DNA of 64,000 bases from NCBI GenBank assembly GCA_015489815.1, contig WFZA01000049.1, positions 59,554-123,553 on the forward strand, in the 5' to 3' direction. This DNA comes from Caldisericales bacterium. Lineage in GTDB: Bacteria; Caldisericota; Caldisericia; Caldisericales; Caldisericaceae. Positions 40,333 through 50,063 of the stretch are shown one piece after another. The notes beneath the pieces are model-generated. The model did not search any database and was not told the origin of the DNA. It saw only the letters and a program-made list of their open reading frames with translations. The first letter of the stretch is position 1; each line of letters starts with the position of its first letter. The position numbers and the translations under genes were made by a program.

Positions 40333-40603
40333 GCGCTGTGCGTCTGCAGTTGACTGCTCCTTACCAGCGGTACGGCAGCAGGAAACTCCAGTGAGGCAAC
40401 CCTACGGCACATGGTACACCTTCTTACCGCTGCTTCCTTCCGGACCTCACGGGGTTCAAAGGCTTCCATTGCATAGGACCCCACCTTCAACATTTCCTAA
40501 CTGCCGCCAGCCTGACAAGGAGACAGCCGCCTGCAGATTGTCAGCCCCGGTATAGCAGGTTCCGGGTTACAGGGCACTGCTATCTCCCCGCTTTAGCACA
40601 GCA
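40333..40603 (-). ncRNA. ffs: Signal recognition particle RNA, long Bacillus-type form with Alu domain (ffs/scRNA)
   Basis: The minus-strand sequence UGCUAAAGCGGGGAGAUAGCAGUGCCCUGUAACC... matches the Alu-domain 5' region. ...GUGAGGUCCGGAAGGAAGCAGCGGUAAG...CAUGUGCCGUAGGGUUGCCUCAC matches the domain IV helix 8 motif. This GC-rich ~270-nt island sits in AT-rich DNA. A TATAAT at 40609-40614 (minus) lies just upstream. Confidence 0.85.
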
Positions 40604-40640
40604 ATACTATTATAGCAGAAACGACAATTATTTAAATCAC
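40604..40640 (-). promoter_or_regulatory. Putative ffs promoter
   Basis: The minus strand reads ...TTTAAAtaattgtcgtttctgcTATAATagtattgc, with the -10 about 7 nt upstream of the SRP RNA 5' end. Confidence 0.4.
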
Positions 40641-41593
40641 GGATTACTTGGATTATTTTGCGGAAGTTTCAAAAGTGGAAACACGAAGTTTTTCGTTTGA
40701 TTTCTCTTTATAGTAATTTGCGTGACGAAGGGGAGATAACCATTCTTTACGATTTTAACTTTATAAGTTCCAGGCTTTACATTAATCTGTTTAAAAGGCG
40801 TTTTCCCGCTATCCTTTCCGTTTATAAATATTTCGGCACCAGTCGGTCTGGAATCTATAGACAGGACTGTTGATGCTTTTTTGAGTGTTATGTTTCGCTC
40901 TACCTCCTCACCTTTATTCACGGTAATCTGTTCTTCGTAAGGTGCATAGCCGTCCATTGTTAATCGTAAATCGTATTTTCCTGCATCAAGATTATTTATA
41001 ACTATCGGAGTAACGCCTTCGTTCTTTCCGTTTAGGTACACAGTTGCACCAGGAGGCGTAGAATTAACCGAGAGCGAGACAGACTGAGGCTGAAGTGTTG
41101 CAACGAGTTGTATTACTTTGTAACTTTCCGCGTCAATCTTTTGCGACCATATAGCAAAGTCCTGTTTTTTAACTTCAACGAAGTGTTCCCCAAGTGGCAG
41201 GTCGTCTATCGTAATGGGAGTTAACCCCTTTTTAATTCCGTCAACATAAACTTCTGCTTCGGTTGGATAAGAAGAAACCTGCAAAACAAAAGTGACATGC
41301 TCGAGGTTTGCAATAACGGTAACTTTTGGTTTATCCTTCGTAATAGAAACACTTTGCGTAAAAGTGCGGTAGCCGTCGTGCTTTACCTGTACTTCGTATT
41401 CTCCGAGTTGTAAACCATTAATCGTAAGAGGAGTAACACCTTTTTTTACTCCGTCAAGATAAACATCAGACTTTTGAGGAAATGAATCTACAAATATACT
41501 TCCACTCACATTGTTCATAGAGAAGAAAGCTACGACGGCAATTAGAGCAATCACGCCAAGAACCGCAACTAAAATAATGCCTTTATTTTTCAT
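40637..41593 (-). CDS. PEGA-domain protein (four PEGA repeats) with an N-terminal TM anchor
   Basis: Repeats of ...VDGxKKGxTPxxIxxLxxGxYxVxxxKxGY.... The likely start is the MKNKGIIL ATG, which overlaps the tmk stop (ATGA). Confidence 0.75.
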   Translation of the reverse strand: MKNKGIILVAVLGVIALIAVVAFFSMNNVSGSIFVDSFPQKSDVYLDGVKKGVTPLTINGLQLGEYEVQVKHDGYRTFTQSVSITKDKPKVTVIANLEHVTFVLQVSSYPTEAEVYVDGIKKGLTPITIDDLPLGEHFVEVKKQDFAIWSQKIDAESYKVIQLVATLQPQSVSLSVNSTPPGATVYLNGKNEGVTPIVINNLDAGKYDLRLTMDGYAPYEEQITVNKGEEVERNITLKKASTVLSIDSRPTGAEIFINGKDSGKTPFKQINVKPGTYKVKIVKNGYLPFVTQITIKRNQTKNFVFPLLKLPQNNPSNP

Positions 41594-42198
41594 ACGATCA
41601 ACCCCCGTTTGAGAATTTCTTCTTCTACATCTTTCCACACACTTTCTTTATCCCTACCTGCATCTATAACGATAAATCTATCAGAGGTCTTTGCAATTGA
41701 AAGATATCCATTTCTTACCCGCGTAAGAAATTCAAGTCCTGCACGCTCTATCCTGTCTCTACTGTGAAGTCGCTCAAGCCCTTTAGAAGGCGGCAAATCA
41801 AAAATAAAAGTTAGGTCAGGAAGGATACCGCCAAGCACTTTGTCGTGAACATACTCAATAAACTCAAGAGAAACACCTCTTCCGAAGCCCTGATAAGCCA
41901 CTGAAGAGTCGTGAAAACGGTCTGATATTACGACACGCCCACTTTCAATAGAAGGCAGTATAAGGCTCTGAATGTGTTCCTTTCTGTCAGAAGCAAACAG
42001 CAAAAACTCAGAAACAGGATTCATGTCTTCGTAGAGCAGAATTTCTCTTATCTTTGCACCAAGTTTCGTTCCACCAGGTTCTTTCGTAAAAGTAACTTTT
42101 CTTCCTTTTGTTTCAAAAAGTTTTTTGATTTTCAGTGCCTGCGTGGTTTTGCCAGATCCATCTATTCCTTCAACAGTAATAAAAATGCCCCTGCTCAT
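41590..42198 (-). CDS. tmk: Thymidylate kinase
   Basis: FITVEGIDGSGKTTQ P-loop and the DRF/DSS motifs. Confidence 0.9.
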   Translation of the reverse strand: MSRGIFITVEGIDGSGKTTQALKIKKLFETKGRKVTFTKEPGGTKLGAKIREILLYEDMNPVSEFLLFASDRKEHIQSLILPSIESGRVVISDRFHDSSVAYQGFGRGVSLEFIEYVHDKVLGGILPDLTFIFDLPPSKGLERLHSRDRIERAGLEFLTRVRNGYLSIAKTSDRFIVIDAGRDKESVWKDVEEEILKRGLIV

Positions 42199-43697
42199 TT
42201 TTTGCCTCTCGTAGGATATATAACAATTCTTCTGTTTGGTTCAAGTCCCACTACTTCGCAAAAAAGCCCGTATTTACTTATAAACTGCTTTTCTTCTTCT
42301 AAGATTTCCGCATTTGCAGGTGGAAGCTCAACCATCCGTCCACTTTCAAATACTCTTTGTACATACTCTTCGAGTTTACCGTAATCAAGTACATATCCTC
42401 GAGAGTAATTTCTTTTTACTTTGCGTAAAAACTCCTTTATACTCTTTAGCGAATTTTTTTCAATGAGTTCTACACTCACGCCAATACGGTTTGCTGCATT
42501 TAAAGCGTCTCTATCCTTTTCAAGTTTTCTGCGCACGGTAAGAAGAATGTCTGCTCGTCCAAGATCGTTTACTACTTCTACAGGGGCACGCGTCGAATGA
42601 ATGCCGCGCTCAAGGTAACTCGTGTTTATTCCGTAGGGAAAAACCCTTACCACGGTTCTTTCTTTATTCTCAGAAACGAGTGAATTAGTTTGCATACTTT
42701 CACGGCTGATAGAAGCATTTTCTGCTGTCCGTATTTCCGGATTAACGGGGAAGCCTCTAAGCAAAGCGTCCACCGTTTCAGCAAGGTCGTAATAAATGGC
42801 AAAAACGCCCCTTTCTCTGATTTCGATTAATATCTGGAATGTAGGTGGAGACTTACGCTCAAGAGTCGTTTTTTGTGTTCCACGCCGCGCTGCCTCTTCG
42901 TCACCCAGCGTTACGGCACTTATTCCACCTATCAAATCCTGCAAAGTTGGATTCACGAGTAAATTCTCAATGCTCGTTCCGTGCGCAGTTCCTATAAGCC
43001 TCACACCTCTCTCAGCAATCGTCCTGCACGCCTTTGCTTCTTCAGTGCGCCCTATTTCGTCAATAATAATTACTTCTGGAAAGTGGTTTTCAACGGCTTC
43101 GATCATTACATCTTCCTGCGCTTTCCCAAATGGCACCTGCATTCTCCGTGCCCTGCCAATTCCAGGGTGAGGGATGTCGCCGTCACCAGCAATCTCGTTT
43201 GAAGTGTCTACTATAATTACGCGTTTATTTTGCTCTATACTAAGAACACGCGCTGCCTCCCTCAAAAGCGTAGTTTTACCAACGCCCGGCTTTCCAAGAA
43301 TCAAAATGCTTTTGTCACTTTCTATGATGTCTTTTATCGGGTCAATAGTTCCGTATATTGCCCTACCTACCCTGCAGGTAAGACCAACGATTTCTCCACG
43401 CCTATTTCTGATTGCAGAAATCCTGTGAAGTGTACGCTCAATTCCTGCTCTATTGTCCCTATCAAACACACCAACGGAAGAAACGACGAAGTCTATTTCC
43501 TTTTTCGTAATCGGTTCTTCCCTTAAAAACACCGTTTTATCCGCAAAGCGCGCTTCCGGTACTCTGCCAAGATCCAATACAACTTCAATAAGATTATCAA
43601 AATTACCGATTTCTTCTATTTTTTCTTGAATGTCTCTGGGCAGGATTCTTAGGAATGCTTCTTTTTCAAATTTCTTTTGCTCTTCTATGCTTTCCAT
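42195..43697 (-). CDS. R3H-domain nucleic-acid-binding AAA-type ATPase (SpoIIIAA/ycf45-like)
   Basis: ILILGKPGVGKTTLLRE Walker A, VIIIDEIG Walker B, and a C-terminal R3H-like region. Confidence 0.7.
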   Translation of the reverse strand: MESIEEQKKFEKEAFLRILPRDIQEKIEEIGNFDNLIEVVLDLGRVPEARFADKTVFLREEPITKKEIDFVVSSVGVFDRDNRAGIERTLHRISAIRNRRGEIVGLTCRVGRAIYGTIDPIKDIIESDKSILILGKPGVGKTTLLREAARVLSIEQNKRVIIVDTSNEIAGDGDIPHPGIGRARRMQVPFGKAQEDVMIEAVENHFPEVIIIDEIGRTEEAKACRTIAERGVRLIGTAHGTSIENLLVNPTLQDLIGGISAVTLGDEEAARRGTQKTTLERKSPPTFQILIEIRERGVFAIYYDLAETVDALLRGFPVNPEIRTAENASISRESMQTNSLVSENKERTVVRVFPYGINTSYLERGIHSTRAPVEVVNDLGRADILLTVRRKLEKDRDALNAANRIGVSVELIEKNSLKSIKEFLRKVKRNYSRGYVLDYGKLEEYVQRVFESGRMVELPPANAEILEEEKQFISKYGLFCEVVGLEPNRRIVIYPTRGKK

Positions 43698-44316
43698 CTT
43701 TTATGTCTTTACTCCAGAAAAATTTTTCAATTCTTTCCTTTACCTCGCTAATGTCGTCAAACAAACTATAAATCTCGTACTTCTCAGTATCAATAGTGAT
43801 TACGGGCGCAATAGTAAAGTTTGCAATCCACTCGTCGTACCTTTCGTTAAGTTTCTTTATGTAGGAACGCTTGATACCTTTTTCGTATAAACGCCCGCGC
43901 CCTTTAATTCTCTCCATAAGCGTAGGGACAGATGCCTTTAAATATACGACAAAATTAGGCGGAGTAAGATCCTCCAGAAGAAAGTCGTACACCCGCTTGT
44001 AAACCTTGTACTCGTTTTTTGAGAGCAGCGTTTTTGCAAACACTTCCGCATCTTCATATATAGACCTATCCAGAAGCAGGTATTGCGAAGTTTTCTCGGC
44101 TCGCCTCTGCATCTTTGCTCGCTCCGTGAGAAAGAATAATTGAGAATGGAGAGCCCATCGCTTAGGATTTTTATAAAAGTCTTTCAAAAAAGGGTTCCTC
44201 GATTCTGGCTCAGGGACAGTATCAAACCCCCACTGTTCAGAAAGATACCTGGTAAGAGTTGACTTACCAACACCAATGTTGCCTGCAATTGCAACGAGAA
44301 AAACAGGCTTACTCAT
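43666..44316 (-). CDS. Deoxynucleoside kinase (dCK/dGK family)
   Basis: VAIAGNIGVGKSTLT P-loop and a DRS motif (LLDRSIYED). Confidence 0.85.
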   Translation of the reverse strand: MSKPVFLVAIAGNIGVGKSTLTRYLSEQWGFDTVPEPESRNPFLKDFYKNPKRWALHSQLFFLTERAKMQRRAEKTSQYLLLDRSIYEDAEVFAKTLLSKNEYKVYKRVYDFLLEDLTPPNFVVYLKASVPTLMERIKGRGRLYEKGIKRSYIKKLNERYDEWIANFTIAPVITIDTEKYEIYSLFDDISEVKERIEKFFWSKDIKDGKHRRAKEI

Positions 44317-45875
44317 CTTCTCATCGCCTGCCAGATAAACTTAAAGGGAAGGGTAGAATTAAAGAGTAATTTTTTATGGATGTCGGACAGTTTCATTCCT
44401 TTCCTCCGGTTACTCATCTTACTAATAAAGTAGTTTATAGAATTGAGCCCCACCACACTTTTTAAACTTTTCCCATTCTCAGATACGATATTGTAAAGAA
44501 ATGTCTCCTTATTCTGGATAATTTCATTTTCTTCAATCATTGAATAAATTCTGGAGAGGTCAGTAAGGTTGTTTAATATTTCGTTTTCTATGAACGCTTT
44601 CATTAGAGTTACATACTGGTCGTACAAAGAAACGAGTTCAAATTTCAAACCAAATTCTTTCTTCAGGTAATCCCTCATTTTAATTTTCGCATAGAGTTCC
44701 CATCCTTCGTTAAACAGAGCATTGTCAAACATCTTACGAAGTTCGTTCTTGTTTCTCCTGAGAATCTCAGACTGATATGCCCTACCAGGATAGCCTACGG
44801 CAACGAGCCTTAAGATCGTTTTGTAAATAGAAACAGGCTTAACGATTAAAACGGGAATTCCGTTGTGAGAATCAAACGGACCTGGAGGAATAATTATGTT
44901 ACTGCTCAAGTTTGCAAGGGAGTTAAACTTCCTTTCGTTATCCTGTAATACCCTCCTATAATCAACGGAAAGCCCGGTATCTCCAAAGATAGGCCTACCA
45001 GAGCGTACAATCTTTTCAAATAGGTCGAGAACTTCTTCAAGCGTAATTTCTCTTTCGTCTTCAAGTACTTCCCGTAAAACTTCCCTGTAGGGTGAAGATA
45101 TTTTGATTTCCCTTGCTTTTTGCATTATTAGCGCGGCAAGTTTTTCCATTCTTTCCTTTAGAGAAAGCTCGAGTTCTTTCAAAGGATAGTCTTCCATGTA
45201 TTCTCGTTTAATTTTCTTTATGAAGTTCATCTTCTTGGTATTGTTGGATAAAGGTAACATGTTCACCACGCGCTCAAGGTCGTCCAGCGCTTCCTGCACC
45301 GGAAGTTTTATCGTTTTGAGTTGCTCTTTAAAGTTAGAGTCCACTTTACCAGACAGATAGTCCATATACTCGTTGAAAAATTCTTTTATAATAGCAATCC
45401 GTTTAAGGGCAAACTCCTTTTCGTTTGATTCTGAAAATTCAAGGTTTTCCTTTGCAGCGCGCACTATGTTTTCTATTTCTGAAGCCCTGTCAAAAAAGTT
45501 TTTTATGCGAACATAAAAAGGCGCGTAAGAGCCAAATGCAGGATACAGCAACCCATCGTATATCGTAGAAACATATAGAAATGGACTCGACTTAAACTCT
45601 TCTTCGTCCAGCCACTTTAATTCGTTGTCCACCCGGCGCTCCAACATTGAGAGTTCTGTGTTTTTCTGAAAGCGTTTCTTCAACTTAAGAGAAAAGGCTT
45701 TTTTTCTGAAGTCCGCAAGGGTAGAACGCCACTTTTTAAAGTCTTCCTTTTCAAAACTCCCCAGGCGGTAATCATATCTATGGATACCTCGTTTGGTTGC
45801 CTTTACGGGAAAACGAAAAAAGTATTCTTCAAAGTACGATTCTCCCAGCGAAGTCACTGCAGTGTTTTTACTCAT
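44313..45875 (-). CDS. DUF885-family protein
   Basis: 520 aa. The N-terminus, EEYFFRFPVKATKRGIHRYDYRLGSF, is typical of DUF885. Confidence 0.55.
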   Translation of the reverse strand: MSKNTAVTSLGESYFEEYFFRFPVKATKRGIHRYDYRLGSFEKEDFKKWRSTLADFRKKAFSLKLKKRFQKNTELSMLERRVDNELKWLDEEEFKSSPFLYVSTIYDGLLYPAFGSYAPFYVRIKNFFDRASEIENIVRAAKENLEFSESNEKEFALKRIAIIKEFFNEYMDYLSGKVDSNFKEQLKTIKLPVQEALDDLERVVNMLPLSNNTKKMNFIKKIKREYMEDYPLKELELSLKERMEKLAALIMQKAREIKISSPYREVLREVLEDEREITLEEVLDLFEKIVRSGRPIFGDTGLSVDYRRVLQDNERKFNSLANLSSNIIIPPGPFDSHNGIPVLIVKPVSIYKTILRLVAVGYPGRAYQSEILRRNKNELRKMFDNALFNEGWELYAKIKMRDYLKKEFGLKFELVSLYDQYVTLMKAFIENEILNNLTDLSRIYSMIEENEIIQNKETFLYNIVSENGKSLKSVVGLNSINYFISKMSNRRKGMKLSDIHKKLLFNSTLPFKFIWQAMRR

Positions 45876-46674
45876 CTGGAATCTTCACCTTTTTATTCAC
45901 ATTAGATACTTTAAGGTCAACTTTGATGTTCTGGCCTTCAGCATTACTTTCAAATGTTAATTTAGAAATAAAACCGTCAGGTGAAAGCGTAATTTCCATA
46001 CACATATTAGGCCACTTAAAAGTAATACTGTCAAAGTTGCACGCTACGCTGTCAGGTTTAGAGCCAGGAAATATAGAGGAAATGAGGTCTGCAAGTGGCA
46101 TAAAAACGATGTTTTCGTTAACAAACTTATCTTTTTCTTCGCCAGTAAGCTCTTTCCAGTTGCCGTTATCAAAAGTATAGAACTGCTTGTCTTTGTACAT
46201 CACCTTATAGTGAGCATTAGTAAAGTCACTGTCGTAAGAGAATTCAAAATTACCTTTGTAAAAGGCAGAGTTAATTTTTTGCGTTTGTGTCTTTCCGTTA
46301 TCACTGGAATAAAGAACATAGTTGTACTCGTAAGAATAGGCACTGTTTAGCATAGTATTAAGATCTTTTTGTATTTCAGCAAAGTCCGCTTGCTTTAACT
46401 TTACGGTATCCCTTGAAAGAACGATAGAGATGGGAACTTTCAAAGTTCCCATCTTAAATCCAAGGCGGCTTACGGTAATACCGTCCTGAAAAATAGAGTG
46501 AAAAAAAGATGTATTACCGTTTCGGTCCGCAATGTACAACCCGGATCCAGTAGCGACCTTTGCATATGAAACGGGAGAATTATCTCCTGCGTTAAGCACA
46601 GTCACGCTTACTTTCTGGAATACGGCAAAGAATAAAACAATTACGACGAGCAGTACTATTATTACTCTTCTCAT
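45868..46674 (-). CDS. Hypothetical membrane-anchored protein
   Basis: N-terminal TM segment with no recognisable domain. The start is taken at M21 of the track ORF, which abuts the upstream stop. Confidence 0.45.
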   Translation of the reverse strand: MRRVIIVLLVVIVLFFAVFQKVSVTVLNAGDNSPVSYAKVATGSGLYIADRNGNTSFFHSIFQDGITVSRLGFKMGTLKVPISIVLSRDTVKLKQADFAEIQKDLNTMLNSAYSYEYNYVLYSSDNGKTQTQKINSAFYKGNFEFSYDSDFTNAHYKVMYKDKQFYTFDNGNWKELTGEEKDKFVNENIVFMPLADLISSIFPGSKPDSVACNFDSITFKWPNMCMEITLSPDGFISKLTFESNAEGQNIKVDLKVSNVNKKVKIPDE

Positions 46675-47504
46675 ACTTCTCCGGGCTTGAATTGAGAGGG
46701 CACTGCAAGGTTCAGCAGGCTTCTGTAAAACCACCTCATAAACTTTTTGTACCTGTTGTCAATCACGATGTACTTTTTGTTTTTGTTTATTAAATTATTC
46801 GTATACTTCACGAGGTATTGTTGTTTTTTAAACGAAAGTGCATCCCTTTTTATTTTGTCGTATTCTTTCTTGAATACCTCCTCCGGGTTCTGGCCATCTT
46901 TTACATACGCATAGGACCACTCTTTAAAGTACTTTTTAACTTCTTCAGGCGTTATAGTAATGTTTTTAGTTAGTGCGTCTTTCTCTTTTTGTGCAATAAC
47001 CTTCTCCCTCAAAATCTGCAAGAGTTGTTTTTCGGTTATTCCTCTATTCTCCAGCTCGGTTTTAAATGCCTGCTCTGGATTCGTAGAGTCACCTATTACC
47101 TGCTTTTTAAAGTCGTATAAAGCTTTATCCAGTTCCTCTTTACTGCATGTAAAGTGATTTTTTAAACCCATCAGGTAGTATAGCCTTCTTGCAATTACTG
47201 CCCTTTTCGCAAAGTTCGTCAGCGTATACCTTACAAATGCCCCTTTTGGATCAGTGCCAATACTAGCAAGGTTTACATTATTTTTATATGCCTGATCCAC
47301 GATTTCACTCGACATTTCGTAGTTGTAGATAGGAGTTCCTTTTACATAAGCATAAACATTCCTGCCTGCATAGATGTATCCGTATGCACTAAACAGAAAA
47401 GCAGATACTATCACCACGACGAGAATAACGATTAAAGCAGGATTTTCAGCAATTCTTTTGAAAAAACTTTTACTTTCTTTTTTAACTATCTTTCCCTTTT
47501 TCAT
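46671..47504 (-). CDS. SurA-N-like chaperone-domain protein (no PPIase domain)
   Basis: TM anchor followed by a helical region resembling the SurA/PpiD N-terminal chaperone domain. It lies immediately downstream of the parvulin gene. Confidence 0.45.
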   Translation of the reverse strand: MKKGKIVKKESKSFFKRIAENPALIVILVVVIVSAFLFSAYGYIYAGRNVYAYVKGTPIYNYEMSSEIVDQAYKNNVNLASIGTDPKGAFVRYTLTNFAKRAVIARRLYYLMGLKNHFTCSKEELDKALYDFKKQVIGDSTNPEQAFKTELENRGITEKQLLQILREKVIAQKEKDALTKNITITPEEVKKYFKEWSYAYVKDGQNPEEVFKKEYDKIKRDALSFKKQQYLVKYTNNLINKNKKYIVIDNRYKKFMRWFYRSLLNLAVPSQFKPGEV

Positions 47505-47507
47505 GTG

Positions 47508-49184
47508 TTAACCACCACCACTGATTGGCTTAAGTGGCTGCGTACTTCCGCCAGACTTTCCATTGTTGGAAGGAATAACTGGCGCTGGATTGTTCGAACC
47601 GCCGCCCTGGGCATTGTTCGTTCTCCCGGTTGCTTTATTCCACCAGGCAACAAAACTGTCCCACTGCTTACCGAAGTGCTTCTTAAAGAAGATGACGAGT
47701 TCCTTCCACGGGTCAGTCGTTCGGACGCCGTATTCCTTTTTAAGTTTTTCCAGGAATTCCTTTTCTACTTCCTGTTTTTTCTGCGAAAGCAAGTCGTTTT
47801 TCACCTTCTCGTAGATTTCTTTATTGTCCAGAGAGGCCTTTACTGGTGCCTTTTTCTCAACGAGTTCTATTACGGCATATCCCTGAGGAGTGTCAATAGG
47901 CCCTGCCGTTTCACCAACCTTTAAATTGTACGCCACCTTAAATATCGCTGGGTCAGTTTTTTCCGTAATGTATCTGCTCATAAGGCCTTTGGCTTTCTTT
48001 AGCATTGGGTCGTCGTCTGAAAGTTCTACTGCTCTATCAAAACTCATACCCTTCTTCAGTTGAATTGCAACAGAGTCTGCACTCATTTTTGCATTCTCCT
48101 TACTTCTCTTATCGTCCTTCTTGTACTTGAACCAGGCAATTTTTACCTTTACCTTTGCAGGCTCGTCGTACTTTGCGCTCTCTGGCTTCTTTGCGATAAT
48201 GTGAATGATGTGGTATCCAAACTCCGTTTTTACGGGCCCTATAATGTCACCGGGTTTTGCACTCGGGTTAAAGCACGCATCTTCAAAAGGCTTCACCATC
48301 TGGCCTCTTGAGAAGAATCCTAAATTTTCGTATCTTGCAACTTCTTTTCCGCTTTTAGCTTCTTTTTTATTTAACTCATCTGCTTTCTTTTTTGCAAACG
48401 CAGCAAAGTTAAACTTTGAACCTTCTTTCTTTTTCTCTGCAAGGAATTCTTCGTAGATCTGTTTGGCTTCTTTCTCTTTTTCCTGCCACACGCTCTCAGG
48501 CGCGTTTTTATCCACTTTTAAAAGGAAGTGCTCTGCATCCACCTGATAAGTAGAATTCCAGAACTTCCTGACATCCGCATCAGTAATCTTTATGTTCTTG
48601 TACTGGGAATCCAGTGCAGCCTGGGCAAGCAGTGGCCTTTCTACATAAGGAGTAAGCATTTTCTTTAGGTAATTTTCATACGCTTCCATCGAACCGTAGC
48701 GAGCGGCAATAGAATCTTCAAATATCTTCTCTCCATTCTGCTTTTTGCCCTGCTCGATAATTTGCTTAATCTGGTCTTCCATATTTTTGTTAAACTTTGC
48801 CATGTCAATTTTTAAGTGATGCGCTTTTGCATACTGCACGAGTAAGGATTGATTAATTAAACTGTTGAGAACGCTCTTTCGCAAGTTATCCCTCATACTT
48901 GCATACTTAGGATTGTTCAAATCAACCCCATACTGCTTATACATGTTCACATAATAGTTAAACTGATTCTGGACTTCTTCGTTCTTTATTACTTCCTTAC
49001 CAACCCGGGCTGCTACATCCTTATCTGCCTGCCCCCATGCCCATAGGCCGGTAAGCGTAAGAATAGAAACGATTACTATTCCAACAACGATTTTTACCCA
49101 CAGGGGAGTGCCTCTCCTCTCGTTCTTTACGGGTTCGAGGAGGCCTTCCCTTCGCATTTTTCTTATTTTACTTTCTCTTCCCAT
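47508..49184 (-). CDS. Peptidyl-prolyl cis-trans isomerase, parvulin type (PpiD/PrsA-like), with a Gly/Ser-rich C-terminus
   Basis: Parvulin domain ...FEDACFNPSAKPGDIIGPVKTEFGYHIIHI.... Confidence 0.8.
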   Translation of the reverse strand: MGRESKIRKMRREGLLEPVKNERRGTPLWVKIVVGIVIVSILTLTGLWAWGQADKDVAARVGKEVIKNEEVQNQFNYYVNMYKQYGVDLNNPKYASMRDNLRKSVLNSLINQSLLVQYAKAHHLKIDMAKFNKNMEDQIKQIIEQGKKQNGEKIFEDSIAARYGSMEAYENYLKKMLTPYVERPLLAQAALDSQYKNIKITDADVRKFWNSTYQVDAEHFLLKVDKNAPESVWQEKEKEAKQIYEEFLAEKKKEGSKFNFAAFAKKKADELNKKEAKSGKEVARYENLGFFSRGQMVKPFEDACFNPSAKPGDIIGPVKTEFGYHIIHIIAKKPESAKYDEPAKVKVKIAWFKYKKDDKRSKENAKMSADSVAIQLKKGMSFDRAVELSDDDPMLKKAKGLMSRYITEKTDPAIFKVAYNLKVGETAGPIDTPQGYAVIELVEKKAPVKASLDNKEIYEKVKNDLLSQKKQEVEKEFLEKLKKEYGVRTTDPWKELVIFFKKHFGKQWDSFVAWWNKATGRTNNAQGGGSNNPAPVIPSNNGKSGGSTQPLKPISGGG

Positions 49185-49218
49185 ATACTCACCTCTCTAT
49201 GTATTTTATCATAAAGTA

Positions 49219-50019
49219 TTATCTTTTAAAATTCCATTGCTCTGTAGAATACTTTTCTTTGTACAGCCTATCTGCAAGTAGATTCTCTTCCTCAGAAAGT
49301 TCAGTTTCAACGAGTTCTTCTCCAAGCACTTCTGCCATTCCCTTTTTTAATGTATCCTTTATCATATCAAAAGTAATTTCCCTGCCTATTTCGTCGGAAA
49401 GGGAAGATATTTTTCTCAAAGCAAGTTTAGCAAGTTTCTTTTTTTTCTCGGCATCCATGTTAAAGCAATCAAATATATCGTCCACATCTACTCTATACAG
49501 AATAGAACCGTGCTGCAAAAGCCCGTTGCTATTTCTCATCTGCGCAGAGCCCACAACCTTCTTTCCGTTTATAAGAATGTCGGAAAATGTTGGTGCAGCA
49601 AAACAGGACGGAGAAGAAATTTCGTTGTCTTCCCTACTAGAAAAGTACGCCTTTCCGCCCAATAACTCGATCGCCCTGATAATACCTCTGCAAATGTAGT
49701 GGAACGAATCAAGCAAGTTCATTTCAAGTATTCTGTGCGGATAAGCAATAGTCACGCTGTAAGTAAGTTCCTTATCGTGAAGGACGGCGCGCCCTCCCGT
49801 CGGCCTCCTTACAAAGTCGTAACCTTTCTCCCTGCACCTTTCTACATCTACTTCTCTATTCATACTCTGAAAGTATCCGATAGAAAGCGTCGGAGGCACA
49901 AACCGATAAACTCTCAGTGCAGGTGGAAGTCCTTTCTCTTTTTCTAAAGTGAGCAATGCTTCGTCAATTGCCATATTCATTGCTCCGTTATTTTCTCCAG
50001 TGTCAATAAATCTTATCAT
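49219..50019 (-). CDS. Lipoate-protein ligase/octanoyltransferase family protein (BPL/LPL catalytic domain)
   Basis: NMAIDEALL...RRPTGGRAVLHDKELTYSV. Confidence 0.8.
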   Translation of the reverse strand: MIRFIDTGENNGAMNMAIDEALLTLEKEKGLPPALRVYRFVPPTLSIGYFQSMNREVDVERCREKGYDFVRRPTGGRAVLHDKELTYSVTIAYPHRILEMNLLDSFHYICRGIIRAIELLGGKAYFSSREDNEISSPSCFAAPTFSDILINGKKVVGSAQMRNSNGLLQHGSILYRVDVDDIFDCFNMDAEKKKKLAKLALRKISSLSDEIGREITFDMIKDTLKKGMAEVLGEELVETELSEEENLLADRLYKEKYSTEQWNFKR

Positions 50020-50063
50020 ACAAGTGTATATTTTACTAAAAAAGTCAGAAAATCAAAGCACGC

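Noticed and set aside
40072-40493. Two small minus-strand ORFs (65 and 60 aa)
   Set aside because: They overlap the SRP RNA gene or its 3' flank. The GC-rich content reflects the structured RNA, not coding potential.
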